Shown: positions 1-10,210, counted from the first letter of the stretch. The stretch is DNA of 64,000 bases from an uncultured Candidatus Rokubacteria bacterium (GCA_963758635.1 CAVWWD010000009.1:101448-165447); one strand, 5' to 3'. Program-made: numbers and translations. The notes: a model not told the origin generated them from the sequence alone.

Positions 1-424
1 GCGCGAGCGTGCCCAGCAGGTGGGCCAGCCAGCCGGGCTCGGGATGCACGTCGCTGTCGAGGAAGAGCAGGATGTCGCCCCCGGCGAGGTCGGCGCCGAA
101 GTTCTTGAGCGCGTAGTACTCGAGGCCCTCGCCGACGTGGACCGAGAGGTCGAAGCAGTCGGGGACGCGGCGGCGGATCTCCTTCTCCTCGTCGGCGCTC
201 ACCGCGTGGCCGGAGACGACCAGGACCTCGGCTCGCTCCTCGAGCGTCTCGAGAAACCGCGCGGCGTCGGCGGGAAGATCCGCCGGATGGTCCCGCGCGA
301 CCATCGCCTCCCACTGTCGCCGCAGGATGTCCAGGAGCACCTCGGCCCGCGGGACCCCGTTGAGGACGGTGTTGGCCCATTCGACGATGATCGAGACTCG
401 AAGCACCGGCCTCTGAGCGGTCAA
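1..424 (-). CDS. Glycosyltransferase family 2 protein (runs off the window edge)
   Basis: Not in ORF track. Minus-strand translation gives VSIIVEW... and YYALKNFGADLAGGDILLFLDSDVHPEPGWL (GT-A DxD). TTG start preceded by GAGGAGG. Confidence 0.75.
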   Translation of the reverse strand, partial: MTAQRPVLRVSIIVEWANTVLNGVPRAEVLLDILRRQWEAMVARDHPADLPADAARFLETLEERAEVLVVSGHAVSADEEKEIRRRVPDCFDLSVHVGEGLEYYALKNFGADLAGGDILLFLDSDVHPEPGWLAHLLGTLA

Positions 425-583
425 CGACCTGCCCTCCTCGCCGCGCGGGCGCCACCTCTTGCCGGCGGTCTCACCGACCGCCCAGCGGCCTCGCGGACTT
501 GGCGTCGCCCGGGGGCCTCAGGATACCCTCTCCGGGCCTCGAGAGGGCGGGAAGTCGCGGGACACCCCCTCTGACGCGCGCCG

Positions 584-1390
584 TCACCACATGACCACGC
601 CGCCGTCGATGTTGACGGACTGGCCGGTCATGAAGGCGGCGGCGGGGGAGCAGAGGAACGCAATGAGGCCCGCGACCTCCTCGTCCGAGGCGGCGCGGCC
701 CATGGGGATCCGCTCGAGCTGCCGCTGCCAGCCCTCGGAGCGTCCGAGCACGTCCATGCGGGCGGTGTCGATGGTGCCGGGGCACACCGCGTTGACGGTG
801 ATGCCGTGGCGGGCGAACTCCATCGCGAGAGACTGGGTGAGCCCCTGGATGCCGAAGTTGGCCACGTTGTAGGCGGCGGTGTTCGGGCTGCCGCGCTTGC
901 CCGCCACCGACGACAGGTTGATCACGCGGCCCCATTTCTGCTGCACCATGATCGGCAGCACGCGCTTGCACAGCAGGAACGCGCCGGTGAGCTTGACCTC
1001 GAGCACCCGGCGCCACACCCCCTCGTCGAGATCGGTGACGGGCACGCGGTCGTTGCCGCGCGGGTAGGCGGCGTTGTTCACGAGGACGTTGAGACGACCG
1101 AACGTCTCCTGGATCTGGGACACCAGGCGGTCCACCGACCCGGCCTCGCTGACGTCACCCGTCCACGTCATCGCGCGCCGGCCGTGGGAGCGGACCTGGT
1201 CGGCGGTGCTCTGGACGTCGCGCCAGCCCGCGCGCTTCTCGTCGTCCGGGAAGGTGGACGGGTCGCGCCCCGTGCCCGTCACGACCACGTCGGCGCCCAG
1301 CTCCGCCAGCGCCACCGCGGTGGCGCGGCCGATCCCGCGCAGCCGCCCCGCTCCCGTCACCAGCGCCACCCGCCCGTCGAGCGCCCCCAT
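584..1390 (-). CDS. Short-chain dehydrogenase/reductase (FabG-like)
   Basis: TGAGRLRGIG, NNAA, YNVAN (YxxxK variant), TGQSVNIDGG; ATG at 1390 after GGGAGG. Confidence 0.9.
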   Translation of the reverse strand: MGALDGRVALVTGAGRLRGIGRATAVALAELGADVVVTGTGRDPSTFPDDEKRAGWRDVQSTADQVRSHGRRAMTWTGDVSEAGSVDRLVSQIQETFGRLNVLVNNAAYPRGNDRVPVTDLDEGVWRRVLEVKLTGAFLLCKRVLPIMVQQKWGRVINLSSVAGKRGSPNTAAYNVANFGIQGLTQSLAMEFARHGITVNAVCPGTIDTARMDVLGRSEGWQRQLERIPMGRAASDEEVAGLIAFLCSPAAAFMTGQSVNIDGGVVMW

Positions 1391-1482
1391 CGTCGCCACC
1401 TCCCGAGCGCGCGGGCTCGCTCCACTCCGGCCCATCGCGCGGGAGTCACCCTAGCCGATCCTCGCCCCCGCGACAATGCGGA

Positions 1483-3711
1483 TCACAACAACTTGTCGAT
1501 CGTGATGGGCAGGTCGCGGACGCGGCGGCCGGTGGCGTGGTGGACGGCGTTGGCGATGGCGGCGGCGGTGCCGGTGATGCCGATCTCGCCGATGCCCTTG
1601 ATGCCCAGCGGGTTCGCGCGCTCGTCGCGCACGCCCACCCACGCCACGTCGATGTCCGGCACGTCCATCTGCGCGGGCACGTGGTACTCGGCGAGGTTGC
1701 CGTTGACGACGCGGCCGAGGCGCTCGTCGAGGAGCACCTCCTCGGTGAGCGCCATCCCGATGCCGCCGATCATGCCGCCGGCGAGCTGGCTCCGCGCCGT
1801 CTTGGCGTTCAGCACGCGGCCCACGTCGAAGACGCCGACCATGCGCGCCACGCGGACGCGGCGCAATCGCGCGTCCACGTGCACCTCGACGAACTGGGCG
1901 CCGAAGGCGTGCGCGGACCAGCGCTCGGCCTCGCCGCCGGGCCTGGCCTCGGCCCGAGCCTCGATCACCCGGCCAGGGTGCCGGGCGAGCAGCTCGTCGA
2001 GCGTCTCCCGGGGCGGGCGCGCCCCGTCGGTGCCCTTCGTGGCGATCAGGCGGCCGCCCTCGAGACGGACCTCGTCACGGGCGAGGCCGGCGAGCGGGGA
2101 GCGCGGATCGGCGACGGCCAGGCAGATGAGCTCATCCCCCAGCGCCGTCGCCGCCTGGAGGACGGCCGATCCGACGCTGGCCGCCGTCATCGAGCCGCCG
2201 GAGATCGGCGTCTCCGGCAGCCGGGTGTCGCCCAGCCGGAACGTCACGCGCTCCGGCGGGATCCCGAGGGCGTCCGCCGCGATCTGCGTCATCACCGTGC
2301 AGGTGCCCGTGCCGAGGTCCTGGCTCCCGCTCTCGACCACCACCATGCCCCCGGAGCCGACGCGCGCCACCGCGGAGGCGGCGTCGCGATGCGTGGGGTA
2401 CACGCTGGTGGCCATGCCCCAGCCGATGAGCGTCTCGCCGTCCCGCATCGATCCCGCGGCGAGCGGGCGCCGCCCCCAGCCGAAGCGCTGGGCGCCGAGC
2501 AGGTAGCAGTCGCGCAGCGCCTTGGTCGACCACGGCCGGTTCACGTGCGCGTCGCGCTCGGCGTAGTTCCTGAGCCGGAGCGCGAGCGGATCGATGCCGA
2601 CCGCCTCGGCCAGCTCGTCCATGGCGCACTCGAGGGCGAAGGTCCCGGACGCCCAGCCCGGCGCGCGCATGTACGACGGCGTGCCCACGTCGAGCCGCGC
2701 CAGCCGATGCGTGGTGACGACGTGCGGGCACGCGTAGAGCATCCGGGCCGGAGACCCCGCCAGCTCCACGAACTCGTCGAAGGTGGAGGTCTCGCTGAGC
2801 GTGTCGTGCCTGAGCGCGGCGAGGGCGCCGGTCCGCGAGGCGCCGAGCGCCACCGTCTGCACGGTGCGTGGCCGCCAGCCCACGGGCCCGAACATCTGCT
2901 CGCGGCTCAGGACGAGCTTGACCGGGCGGCGCACGTGACGCGCGGCCATGGCCGCGAGCACCACGTGGGACCACACCGGGCCCTTCCCGCCGAAGCCGCC
3001 GCCCACCCAGGGCGAGAGCACCCGCACCGCCGCGGGGCGGAGCCCCAGGAGCCGCGCCACGCGCTCGCGACAGGCGAAGACGCCCTGGCTCGCGTCGTAG
3101 AGCGTCAGCTTGCGCGGGCCCTCCCAGAGGGCGATGGTCGCGTGCGGCTCCATCGGGGTGTGCGCCTCGAGCGGCGTGCGGTACACGCGCTCGATCCGCA
3201 CCTCGGATGTCCCGAGCGCGCAGGCCACGTCACCCCGCGCGGTGTCCGGCTCGTCCTCGTGCCGGGGCCGGGCGCCGCGCGCGCCGGCCGGTGGCCAGCT
3301 CACGTCGTGGCGCGCGCCGAGGTAGCGCGCGCGCACGAGGCCCGCGGCGTGGCACGCCTGCTCGAAGGTCTCGGCCACGACCACGGCGATCGGCTGGCCC
3401 GCGTACCGGACCACGGCGTCCTGGAGCAGCGTGAGCGCGCGGTCCTCTCCGGGCTCTCCGCGCGGGCGCCCGGGCAGGCGATCCGCATTGTCGTGCGTGA
3501 TCACCGCGAGCACGCCCGCCGCCGCCTCGGCCCCGCGCGCGTCGATCGCCGCGATGCGGCCCTTCGCGATCGTGCTCGTCACCAGCACGGCGTGGACGAG
3601 CCCGGGCACCGGATGGTCGGCGGCGTATCGGGCCGCGCCCGTGACTTTCAGACGGCCCTCCACGCGATCCAACGGCCGGCCCAGGACCGACGGCGCGCGC
3701 GGCGGGCTCAT
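1483..3711 (-). CDS. Xanthine dehydrogenase family molybdopterin-binding subunit (PaoC/YagR-like)
   Basis: KVTGAARYAAD, VGGGFGGK, MRAPG, KGIGEIG, RDLPIT motifs; start at MSPPRAP overlapping the upstream stop. Confidence 0.92.
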   Translation of the reverse strand: MSPPRAPSVLGRPLDRVEGRLKVTGAARYAADHPVPGLVHAVLVTSTIAKGRIAAIDARGAEAAAGVLAVITHDNADRLPGRPRGEPGEDRALTLLQDAVVRYAGQPIAVVVAETFEQACHAAGLVRARYLGARHDVSWPPAGARGARPRHEDEPDTARGDVACALGTSEVRIERVYRTPLEAHTPMEPHATIALWEGPRKLTLYDASQGVFACRERVARLLGLRPAAVRVLSPWVGGGFGGKGPVWSHVVLAAMAARHVRRPVKLVLSREQMFGPVGWRPRTVQTVALGASRTGALAALRHDTLSETSTFDEFVELAGSPARMLYACPHVVTTHRLARLDVGTPSYMRAPGWASGTFALECAMDELAEAVGIDPLALRLRNYAERDAHVNRPWSTKALRDCYLLGAQRFGWGRRPLAAGSMRDGETLIGWGMATSVYPTHRDAASAVARVGSGGMVVVESGSQDLGTGTCTVMTQIAADALGIPPERVTFRLGDTRLPETPISGGSMTAASVGSAVLQAATALGDELICLAVADPRSPLAGLARDEVRLEGGRLIATKGTDGARPPRETLDELLARHPGRVIEARAEARPGGEAERWSAHAFGAQFVEVHVDARLRRVRVARMVGVFDVGRVLNAKTARSQLAGGMIGGIGMALTEEVLLDERLGRVVNGNLAEYHVPAQMDVPDIDVAWVGVRDERANPLGIKGIGEIGITGTAAAIANAVHHATGRRVRDLPITIDKLL

Positions 3712-4697
3712 CGTCGCGCCGCCGCCGCCGCGAGGGCGTGCACGACACACCGGCGGGCCAGCTCGACCTTGAAGGCGTTGTCGCGGAGCGGCTCGGCGGA
3801 GGACAGGAGCACCTCGGCCGCCGCGTCGTAGGCGCTGTCGCCCGCCGGCCGGCCGATCATCGTGCGCTCGGCCCCCGGCAGCCGCCACGGCTTCGCGGCG
3901 ACGCCGCCGAGGGCGATCCGCGCGTCGCGGACGATGCCGTCGTCGTCCACGTCCAGGATGGCGGCCACCGACACGAGCGCGAACGCGTACGACCAGCGGT
4001 CCCGCACCTTGACGTAGCGCGAGCTGCGCGCGAAGGGCATGGCCGGCAGGTCCACCGCGGTGATCAGCTCGCCCGGGCGGAGGACGGTGTCCAGGTGAGG
4101 CGCATCTCCGGGCAGCCGGTGGAGCTCGCCGATCGGGATCGCGCGCGTTCCGTCGGGGCCGCGGACCTGGACCACCGCCTCGAGGGCGGACAGGGCCACC
4201 GCCATGTCGCCCGGATACGTCGCCACGCAGTGGGGGCTCGCTCCGAGGATCGCGTGGATGCGGTTTCTGCCCGAGAGCGCCGCGCAGCCCGAGCCGGGCG
4301 TCCGCTTGTTGCACTCCGGGAATGAGGGGTCGCTGAAGTAGTAGCAGCGCGTCCGCTGGAGAAGGTTGCCGCCCACCGTGGCCCGGTTCCGGATCTGCTC
4401 AGACGCGCCCGCCACCAGCGCCTCGGTGAGGACGGGATAGCGCGCCCGGATCGCCGGGTGCTGCGCCACGTCGCTGTTGAGCGCGGTGGCGCCGAGCCGG
4501 ATGCCACCGTCGCGCTCCTCGATGGCGTCGAGCGGAAGCCGGCTCACGTCCACCAGATGTGTGGGCGCCTCGACCCCGGCCTTCATGAGATCCACCAGGT
4601 TGGTCCCGCCCGCCACGAAGCGTCCCTCCGCGCCGTGGGCGACGGCGGCGAGAGCCTCGGCCACGTCGGTCGCGCGGGCGTAGCGGAACGGCCTCAT
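3708..4697 (-). CDS. Xanthine dehydrogenase family FAD-binding subunit (PaoB/YagS-like)
   Basis: AGGTNLVDLMK, IRNRATVGGNLLQRTRC, CNKR...GC Fe-S insert, KVRDRWSYAFA. Confidence 0.92.
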   Translation of the reverse strand: MRPFRYARATDVAEALAAVAHGAEGRFVAGGTNLVDLMKAGVEAPTHLVDVSRLPLDAIEERDGGIRLGATALNSDVAQHPAIRARYPVLTEALVAGASEQIRNRATVGGNLLQRTRCYYFSDPSFPECNKRTPGSGCAALSGRNRIHAILGASPHCVATYPGDMAVALSALEAVVQVRGPDGTRAIPIGELHRLPGDAPHLDTVLRPGELITAVDLPAMPFARSSRYVKVRDRWSYAFALVSVAAILDVDDDGIVRDARIALGGVAAKPWRLPGAERTMIGRPAGDSAYDAAAEVLLSSAEPLRDNAFKVELARRCVVHALAAAAARR

Positions 4698-5272
4698 CGC
4701 CGCGCCGCCCAGGCGGCTCGGATGGCGGCCACGATGCCGGGCTGGGCCCCGCATCGGCAGAGGTTGCCGCTCATGCGCTCGCGGATCTCGTCGTCCGTCA
4801 GGTCCACCGGGCGGAGGTCGCGCACGTCGGCGGTGACGGCGCTCACCGTGCCGTCGGCCAGCTCGCGGAGCAGCGCCACGGCGGAGCAGATCTGGCCCGG
4901 CGTGCAGTACCCGCACTGCAGGCCGTCGTGCTCGATGAACGCGGCCTGGACGGGATGAAGCCGGTCCCCGTGCGCGATGCCCTCGATGGTGGTCACGTCG
5001 TCGCCGTCGTGCGCCACCGCGAGGCTCAGGCAGGAGAGCACACGGCGGCCGTTCACGAGGACGGTGCACGCGCCGCACTGGCCGCGGTCGCATCCTTTCT
5101 TGGTTCCGGTCAGGCCGAGGCTCTCGCGGAGGAGGTCGAGCAGCGTCACGCGCGGATCCTCTGGAATCCGGTGCGCCTGACCGTTCACCGTCATCGACGG
5201 GATCGCCTGCTCGTCGCGAGCCGGAACGCAGGGAAGCGCGACGGCCTCGACGGAAGACATCGATCTGGCCAT
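4694..5272 (-). CDS. 2Fe-2S subunit of aldehyde oxidoreductase (PaoA/YagT-like)
   Basis: GTKKGCDRGQCGACTV, QCGYCTPG, NLCRC. Start placed downstream of the sigma54 promoter (5272 or 5260). Confidence 0.9.
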   Translation of the reverse strand: MARSMSSVEAVALPCVPARDEQAIPSMTVNGQAHRIPEDPRVTLLDLLRESLGLTGTKKGCDRGQCGACTVLVNGRRVLSCLSLAVAHDGDDVTTIEGIAHGDRLHPVQAAFIEHDGLQCGYCTPGQICSAVALLRELADGTVSAVTADVRDLRPVDLTDDEIRERMSGNLCRCGAQPGIVAAIRAAWAARR

Positions 5273-5285
5273 GCTCGAAGGAAAT

Positions 5286-5301
5286 TGCAAGGCGAGTGCC
5301 A
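5286..5301 (-). promoter_or_regulatory. Sigma54 (-24/-12) promoter of the pao-like operon
   Basis: Minus strand TGGCAC-TCGCC-TTGCA matches the TGGCAC-N5-TTGCW consensus. Confidence 0.75.
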
Positions 5302-5372
5302 CGGAACCGGCCTTGAAGATCTGCCGGTTGGCGTGCTCGACATCCTTGCGCGCGGCGATCGCCGGGTCGTTC

Positions 5373-6302
5373 TTACCCCGGACCCGCCGCGGCTCTTCGC
5401 GTGGCGAGGCGCGAGCCGATCCGCCGCCCCTCGGCGGTAAGACGCGCGATCAGCCGGGCCAGAGCCGGCTCCTGTCGCGCCGCCGGGCGATGCACGAGCG
5501 TGACGGGCAACGCGGCGGCCCGGGCCGGCTCACACACGACGCGCGCCCGGGGCACCTCGGCGAGGGCCAGCGCGGGCACGAGCCCGATGCCCAGCCCGCC
5601 GCTGACGTAGGACAGGAGGAGGGTCACGCTCGGCACGTCGATGGTCGACAGCGGCTGGATCCGCGCCTCGGCCAGGCACTGGTCGAGGAGCGCGCGCCCG
5701 CGGCTCTCGGGGGCCAGCCGCAGCACGGGCTCGCGCCGGAGCCGCTCGGTGAGCGCGGCCCGTCCGCCGCGCGCGCGGCGCGGGCCCACCCACACGAACG
5801 GCTGCTCGAAGAGGCGCAGCGCATGGAGGCCGCGCGGCGTGTCCTGCCCGGTCACCACCGCCAGCTCGACCTCGCCGCCCTCCACGAGCCGCATCGCGCT
5901 GCGCGAGTGCGTGGTGACGATCTCGAAGCGGAGGCCCGACTCCTCGTCGAGGAGGTCGCGGAGCGCGGGGGCGAGGAGCGCGCGTCCGAGGTAGTCGCTC
6001 GCGGCCACACGCAGCGTGACGGCGCGACGACCGGAGAGCGCGGCGAGCCGTCCGAACGCGGACTCCGCCTCGCTCCAGAGGCTCCGCACCACGGGCAGCG
6101 CATCCTCGCCGGCCGCGGTGAGGCGGACGCCCCGGCCCGCGCGCTCGAGGAGCTTCACCCCGAAGTGGCTCTCGAGCCGGCGCACCTGCTGGCTCACCGC
6201 GGAGGACGTGACGTGCTGGGCGCGCGCCGCCGCGCCCACCGAGCCGGTGCGCGCGATGGCGAGCAGCGCCTGGAGGGCGGGGAACAGCGACGGGTCGATC
6301 AT
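5373..6302 (-). CDS. LysR family transcriptional regulator
   Basis: N-terminal HTH GSVGAAARAQHVTSSAVSQQVRRLE, LTAAG, substrate-binding domain; divergent from leuCD. Confidence 0.92.
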   Translation of the reverse strand: MIDPSLFPALQALLAIARTGSVGAAARAQHVTSSAVSQQVRRLESHFGVKLLERAGRGVRLTAAGEDALPVVRSLWSEAESAFGRLAALSGRRAVTLRVAASDYLGRALLAPALRDLLDEESGLRFEIVTTHSRSAMRLVEGGEVELAVVTGQDTPRGLHALRLFEQPFVWVGPRRARGGRAALTERLRREPVLRLAPESRGRALLDQCLAEARIQPLSTIDVPSVTLLLSYVSGGLGIGLVPALALAEVPRARVVCEPARAAALPVTLVHRPAARQEPALARLIARLTAEGRRIGSRLATRRAAAGPG

Positions 6303-6388
6303 TCAGCAGAGATTAACATTCAGTTCAGATCCTTTCACTGGACTTAACGTTCGCGGGAGGGCACAGTTCCGGGCGGGAGGCGACAACC

Positions 6389-7789
6389 ATGGCACGCACG
6401 CTGCTCGACAAGGTCTGGGAAGCCCACACGGTCCGCACGCTGCCGTCCGGGCAGACGCAGCTCCTGATCGGCCTGCACCTCATCCACGAGGTCACGACCC
6501 CGCAGGCCTTCCAGATGCTCAAGGAGCTCGGCCTCAAGGTGCGCATGCCCGAGCGCACGTTCGGCACGCTCGACCACATCATCCCGACGACCTCGCAGGT
6601 CCGCCCCTACGCGGACCCGATGGCGGAGGAGATGGCCGCGCAGATGATCAAGAACACGAAGGACTTCGGGCTGCCCCTCTTCGACCTCGACAGTGGACGC
6701 CAGGGGATCGTGCACGTGATCGGCCCCGAGCTGGGCCTCTCCCAGCCCGGCATGACCATCGCGTGCGGCGACAGCCACACCGCGACGCACGGGGCGGTCG
6801 GCGCCATCGCCTTCGGCATCGGCACCACCCAGGTGCGTGACGTGCTCGCCACGCAGTGCCTGGCCATGGCCAAGCCCAAGCTGCGCCAGGTGCGCATCGA
6901 CGGCGCGCTCGGCCGCGGGGTGTACGCGAAGGACGTGATCCTCACCATCATCCAGAAGCTGGGCGTCAAGGGCGGCGTCGGCTACGCATACGAGTACGCG
7001 GGCCCGGCCATCGAGCGCATGACGATGGAGGAGCGTCTCACCCTCTGCAACATGTCGATCGAGGGCGCCGCGCGCTTCGGCTACGTCAACCCCGACCAGA
7101 CCACGTTCGACTATCTGCGCGATCGGCCCTATGCCCCCAAGGGGGAGGCCTTCGACCGCGCCGTGACGTGGTGGCAAGGCATCGCCACCGAGGCGGGCGC
7201 CACCTTCGACGACGTCGCGCGCCTCGACGGCTCGGCCATGGAGCCGGTGGTGACGTGGGGCATCAACCCCGAGCAGTCGGTGGGCGTGACCCAGCGCATC
7301 CCGAGCCCCGAGTCGGCGCCCGAGGTGGAGCGCCCCACGTATCGCGAGGCGCTGGCCTTCATGGGGTTCGAGGCGGGCCAGCCCATCAAGGGCACGAAGA
7401 TCGACGTGGCGTTCGTCGGCTCGTGCACGAACGGCCGGCTGTCCGACCTGCGCGTGGCCGCGGAGGTGGCGAAGACGGGCAAGGTGGCCAAGGGCGTCCG
7501 CGCGCTCATCGTGCCCGGCTCCCAGCAGGTGGCGAAGGCCGCCGAGGCCGAGGGGCTCCACGAGATCTTCCAGGCCGCGGGCTTCCAGTGGCGCAAGGCC
7601 GGCTGCTCGATGTGCCTCGGCATGAACGACGACAAGCTCCAGGGGCGCGAGGTGAGCGCCTCGTCGAGCAACCGGAACTTCATCGGCCGGCAGGGCAGCC
7701 CCACCGGGCGCACCCTCCTCATGAGCCCGGCCATGGTGGCGGCGGCGGCCATCGCCGGCGCGGTCACCGACGTGAGGGAGGTGCTGTGA
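6389..7789 (+). CDS. leuC: 3-isopropylmalate dehydratase large subunit
   Basis: [40 protein letters not shown]. Confidence 0.9.
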   Translation: MARTLLDKVWEAHTVRTLPSGQTQLLIGLHLIHEVTTPQAFQMLKELGLKVRMPERTFGTLDHIIPTTSQVRPYADPMAEEMAAQMIKNTKDFGLPLFDLDSGRQGIVHVIGPELGLSQPGMTIACGDSHTATHGAVGAIAFGIGTTQVRDVLATQCLAMAKPKLRQVRIDGALGRGVYAKDVILTIIQKLGVKGGVGYAYEYAGPAIERMTMEERLTLCNMSIEGAARFGYVNPDQTTFDYLRDRPYAPKGEAFDRAVTWWQGIATEAGATFDDVARLDGSAMEPVVTWGINPEQSVGVTQRIPSPESAPEVERPTYREALAFMGFEAGQPIKGTKIDVAFVGSCTNGRLSDLRVAAEVAKTGKVAKGVRALIVPGSQQVAKAAEAEGLHEIFQAAGFQWRKAGCSMCLGMNDDKLQGREVSASSSNRNFIGRQGSPTGRTLLMSPAMVAAAAIAGAVTDVREVL

Positions 7790-8391
7790 TGGCCACGGAC
7801 TTTCGGCGCCGGCAGATCGTGGGGCGCGGCATCCCGCTCCCCGGCAACGACATCGACACCGACCGCATCATCCCCGCCCGCTTCCTGAAGCAGGTGACGT
7901 TCGAGGGCCTGGGCGAGCACGCGTTCGAGGACGCGCGCAAGCAGGAGCCCGAGCACCCGTTCAACCAGGGCGTCTACCAGGGCGCGTCCGTGCTGGTCGT
8001 GGGGCAGAACTTCGGCTGCGGGTCGTCGCGCGAGCACGCGCCGCAGTCGCTCATGCGCTGGGGCATCGGGGCCATCGTGGGCGGCTCGTTCGGCGAGATC
8101 TTCTTCGGCAACTGCACCACGCTCGGCATCCCGTGCCTCGTGGCCGACATGCAGGACATCGAGGCGCTCCAGCGGGCCGTCGGCCGGACTCCCGGCGAGC
8201 CCGTCACGGTGGACATCGAGAAGCAGGAGGTGCGCTTCGGAGGGCGGAGCTTCCCCGCGCGCATGCCCGACGGGCCGCGCAACCAGCTCGTGGCGGGCAC
8301 CTGGGACTCCACCGCCGTGCTGCTGGAGGCTGGCGGCGCCATCGAGGCCACCGCGAAGAAGCTTCCGTACGCCGGCGGCTTCGCCGCGTAG
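7789..8391 (+). CDS. leuD: 3-isopropylmalate dehydratase small subunit
   Basis: DIDTDRIIPARFL, NFGCGSSREHA, SFGEIFFGN; TGATG overlap with leuC. Confidence 0.92.
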   Translation: MATDFRRRQIVGRGIPLPGNDIDTDRIIPARFLKQVTFEGLGEHAFEDARKQEPEHPFNQGVYQGASVLVVGQNFGCGSSREHAPQSLMRWGIGAIVGGSFGEIFFGNCTTLGIPCLVADMQDIEALQRAVGRTPGEPVTVDIEKQEVRFGGRSFPARMPDGPRNQLVAGTWDSTAVLLEAGGAIEATAKKLPYAGGFAA

Positions 8392-8393
8392 GA

Positions 8394-9248
8394 GTGCCGG
8401 AGACGGACGAGGGAACGCGGAGAGCGGCGTCGCTCCTGAGCCGGTTCGTGGCGGCGTGCGAGGCCGATCCGCGCGTCGTCGCCGCCTTCGTGTACGGCTC
8501 GCACGCCGCGGGAACCGCCGACGCCTACTCCGACGTGGACCTCGGCGTCGTCACCACCGACGAGGCCTACGCGGAGTTCCTGGCCGGCCGGGCCGAGTTC
8601 GTCCGGCGGCTCGGCGAGCCGCTCCTGCTCGAGGACTTCGACTGGCCCTCCACCGTGTTCTTCGTCCTCGCCGACGGCGCGGAGGGCGAGCTCACGGTCG
8701 GGCGCGCCAGCGACTTCACGACCGTCGTCCGCGGCCCGTGCCGTGCCCTCCTGGACCGCGCCGGCATCCTCGCCGGCGCGGTCTTCACGGGCGCGGCTCC
8801 CGCGCGCGCCGGCCAGCTCGAGACGCTCCGCCGCATCCTCGGCTGGTTCTGGCACGACGTGTCCCACTTCGTCGCGGCGATGGGGCGCGGGCAGCTCTGG
8901 TGGGCCGCCGGGCAGCTCGACGTCCTGCGCCTGATGTGCGTGAACCTGGCGCGGCTCACCGAGGACTTCTCGGGCCGCGCCGACGGCTACGACAAGGTCG
9001 ACGCGGCCCTGCCCGCCGCGCGCCTGGCCCCGCTGTCCGCGACGTGGTGCGCGCTCGACCGCGAGGCGATGCTCCGCGCCGCCCTCGCGCTGGTGGCGTT
9101 CCACGGGGAGATCGGGCCCGCGCTGGCGAGCGCGCACGGCGTGCCGTATCCCGAGCGTCTCGCCCGCATGATGTATGGCAGACTGCAGGCGCTGTCGGCG
9201 TCGACCATCGGTCCCACGGAGGAGCCCATGCGGAGGACGTCGTCCTGA
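8394..9248 (+). CDS. Nucleotidyltransferase domain protein (Pol-beta fold plus helical C-terminal domain)
   Basis: YGSHAAGTADAYSDVD (GS-x8-DxD) motif. Confidence 0.75.
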   Translation: MPETDEGTRRAASLLSRFVAACEADPRVVAAFVYGSHAAGTADAYSDVDLGVVTTDEAYAEFLAGRAEFVRRLGEPLLLEDFDWPSTVFFVLADGAEGELTVGRASDFTTVVRGPCRALLDRAGILAGAVFTGAAPARAGQLETLRRILGWFWHDVSHFVAAMGRGQLWWAAGQLDVLRLMCVNLARLTEDFSGRADGYDKVDAALPAARLAPLSATWCALDREAMLRAALALVAFHGEIGPALASAHGVPYPERLARMMYGRLQALSASTIGPTEEPMRRTSS

Positions 9249-10210
9249 GCCGGCTGGACTTCGGCGTCAACCTCGCCACCCGGGGCCTCACCGGCGACCC
9301 CGAAGGGCTGCTCGCGGTGAGCCGCCAGGCCGAGGCCCTCGGCTTCGGCCACGTCACCGTGAACGACCACATCGTCGTGCCGAACCGGATCGCCTCGCGC
9401 TACCCCTACACGCCGACGGGCGAATGGCCGGGCGCCCGCGCCGGCGCGTGCCTCGAGCAGCTCACGGTGCTGGGCTTCCTGGCCGCGGCGACGAGCCGCA
9501 TCCGCCTGCTCCCGTCGGTGATGGTGGTGCCGCAGCGTCCGGCGGTGCTCGCGGCGAAGGCGCTCGCCACGATCGACGTGCTGTCGCACGGCCGCCTCAC
9601 GGTCGGCGTCGGGGTGGGCTGGCTCGACGAGGAGTTCCGGGCCGTGGCCGCGCCGCCGTTTGCCGAGCGCGGGAAGGTGACCGACGAGTTCCTCGACGCG
9701 TTCCACGAGCTGTGGACGAGCGAGACGCCGCGGTTCGCCGGCGCCCACGTGAGCTTCGCCGACATCCGCTTCGAGCCCAAGCCCGTGCAGAAGCCGCGGC
9801 CGCCCATCTGGGTGGGCGGAGAGGGCGAGGCGGCGCTCCGGCGCGTGGCGCGCATCGGCGACGGCTGGTATCCCGTCGGCGGCAACCCGCGGGAGCCGCT
9901 CGACACGCCCGCGCGCTACGCCGCGAAGCGCGCGCGCCTCGACGCGGTCCTCGCCGAGGCCGGCCGCGAGCCGGGCGAGGTCGCGCGCGCGTATCTCGCC
10001 CTGGGCCGGTGCCGGCCGGCGGAGCAGCGCGGCGCCGACGGCCGCCGGGAGCCCTACACGGGCCGCGCCGCCAACGTCGCCGCGGACATCGCGGGCTTCG
10101 CCGGAGCGGGCGTGGAGCACTTCTTCCTCAGCTTCCCCGCCTCCACGCTGTCCGAAGCGCTCGCCGACCTCGAGTGGTTCGCCCGGGACGTGCGCCCGCT
10201 CCTCGGCTAG
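9245..10210 (+). CDS. LLM-class (probably F420-dependent) oxidoreductase
   Basis: DHIVVP..IASRYPY, GVGVGWLDEEF, PKPVQKPRPPIWVGG. Start uncertain (CTG overlapping upstream TGA). Confidence 0.85.
   Translation: MSRLDFGVNLATRGLTGDPEGLLAVSRQAEALGFGHVTVNDHIVVPNRIASRYPYTPTGEWPGARAGACLEQLTVLGFLAAATSRIRLLPSVMVVPQRPAVLAAKALATIDVLSHGRLTVGVGVGWLDEEFRAVAAPPFAERGKVTDEFLDAFHELWTSETPRFAGAHVSFADIRFEPKPVQKPRPPIWVGGEGEAALRRVARIGDGWYPVGGNPREPLDTPARYAAKRARLDAVLAEAGREPGEVARAYLALGRCRPAEQRGADGRREPYTGRAANVAADIAGFAGAGVEHFFLSFPASTLSEALADLEWFARDVRPLLG

Noticed and set aside
806-3831. Long Arg/Ala/Gly-rich ORFs antisense to or overlapping real genes (also 21608-23941, 33542-36532, 37440-39602, 45239-47437)
   Set aside because: Shadow ORFs produced by high GC3; no motifs, and they mirror clearly recognisable genes.
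5273-5302. ORF-track start of the 2Fe-2S gene at 5302
   Set aside because: The extension coincides with the sigma54 promoter sequence.
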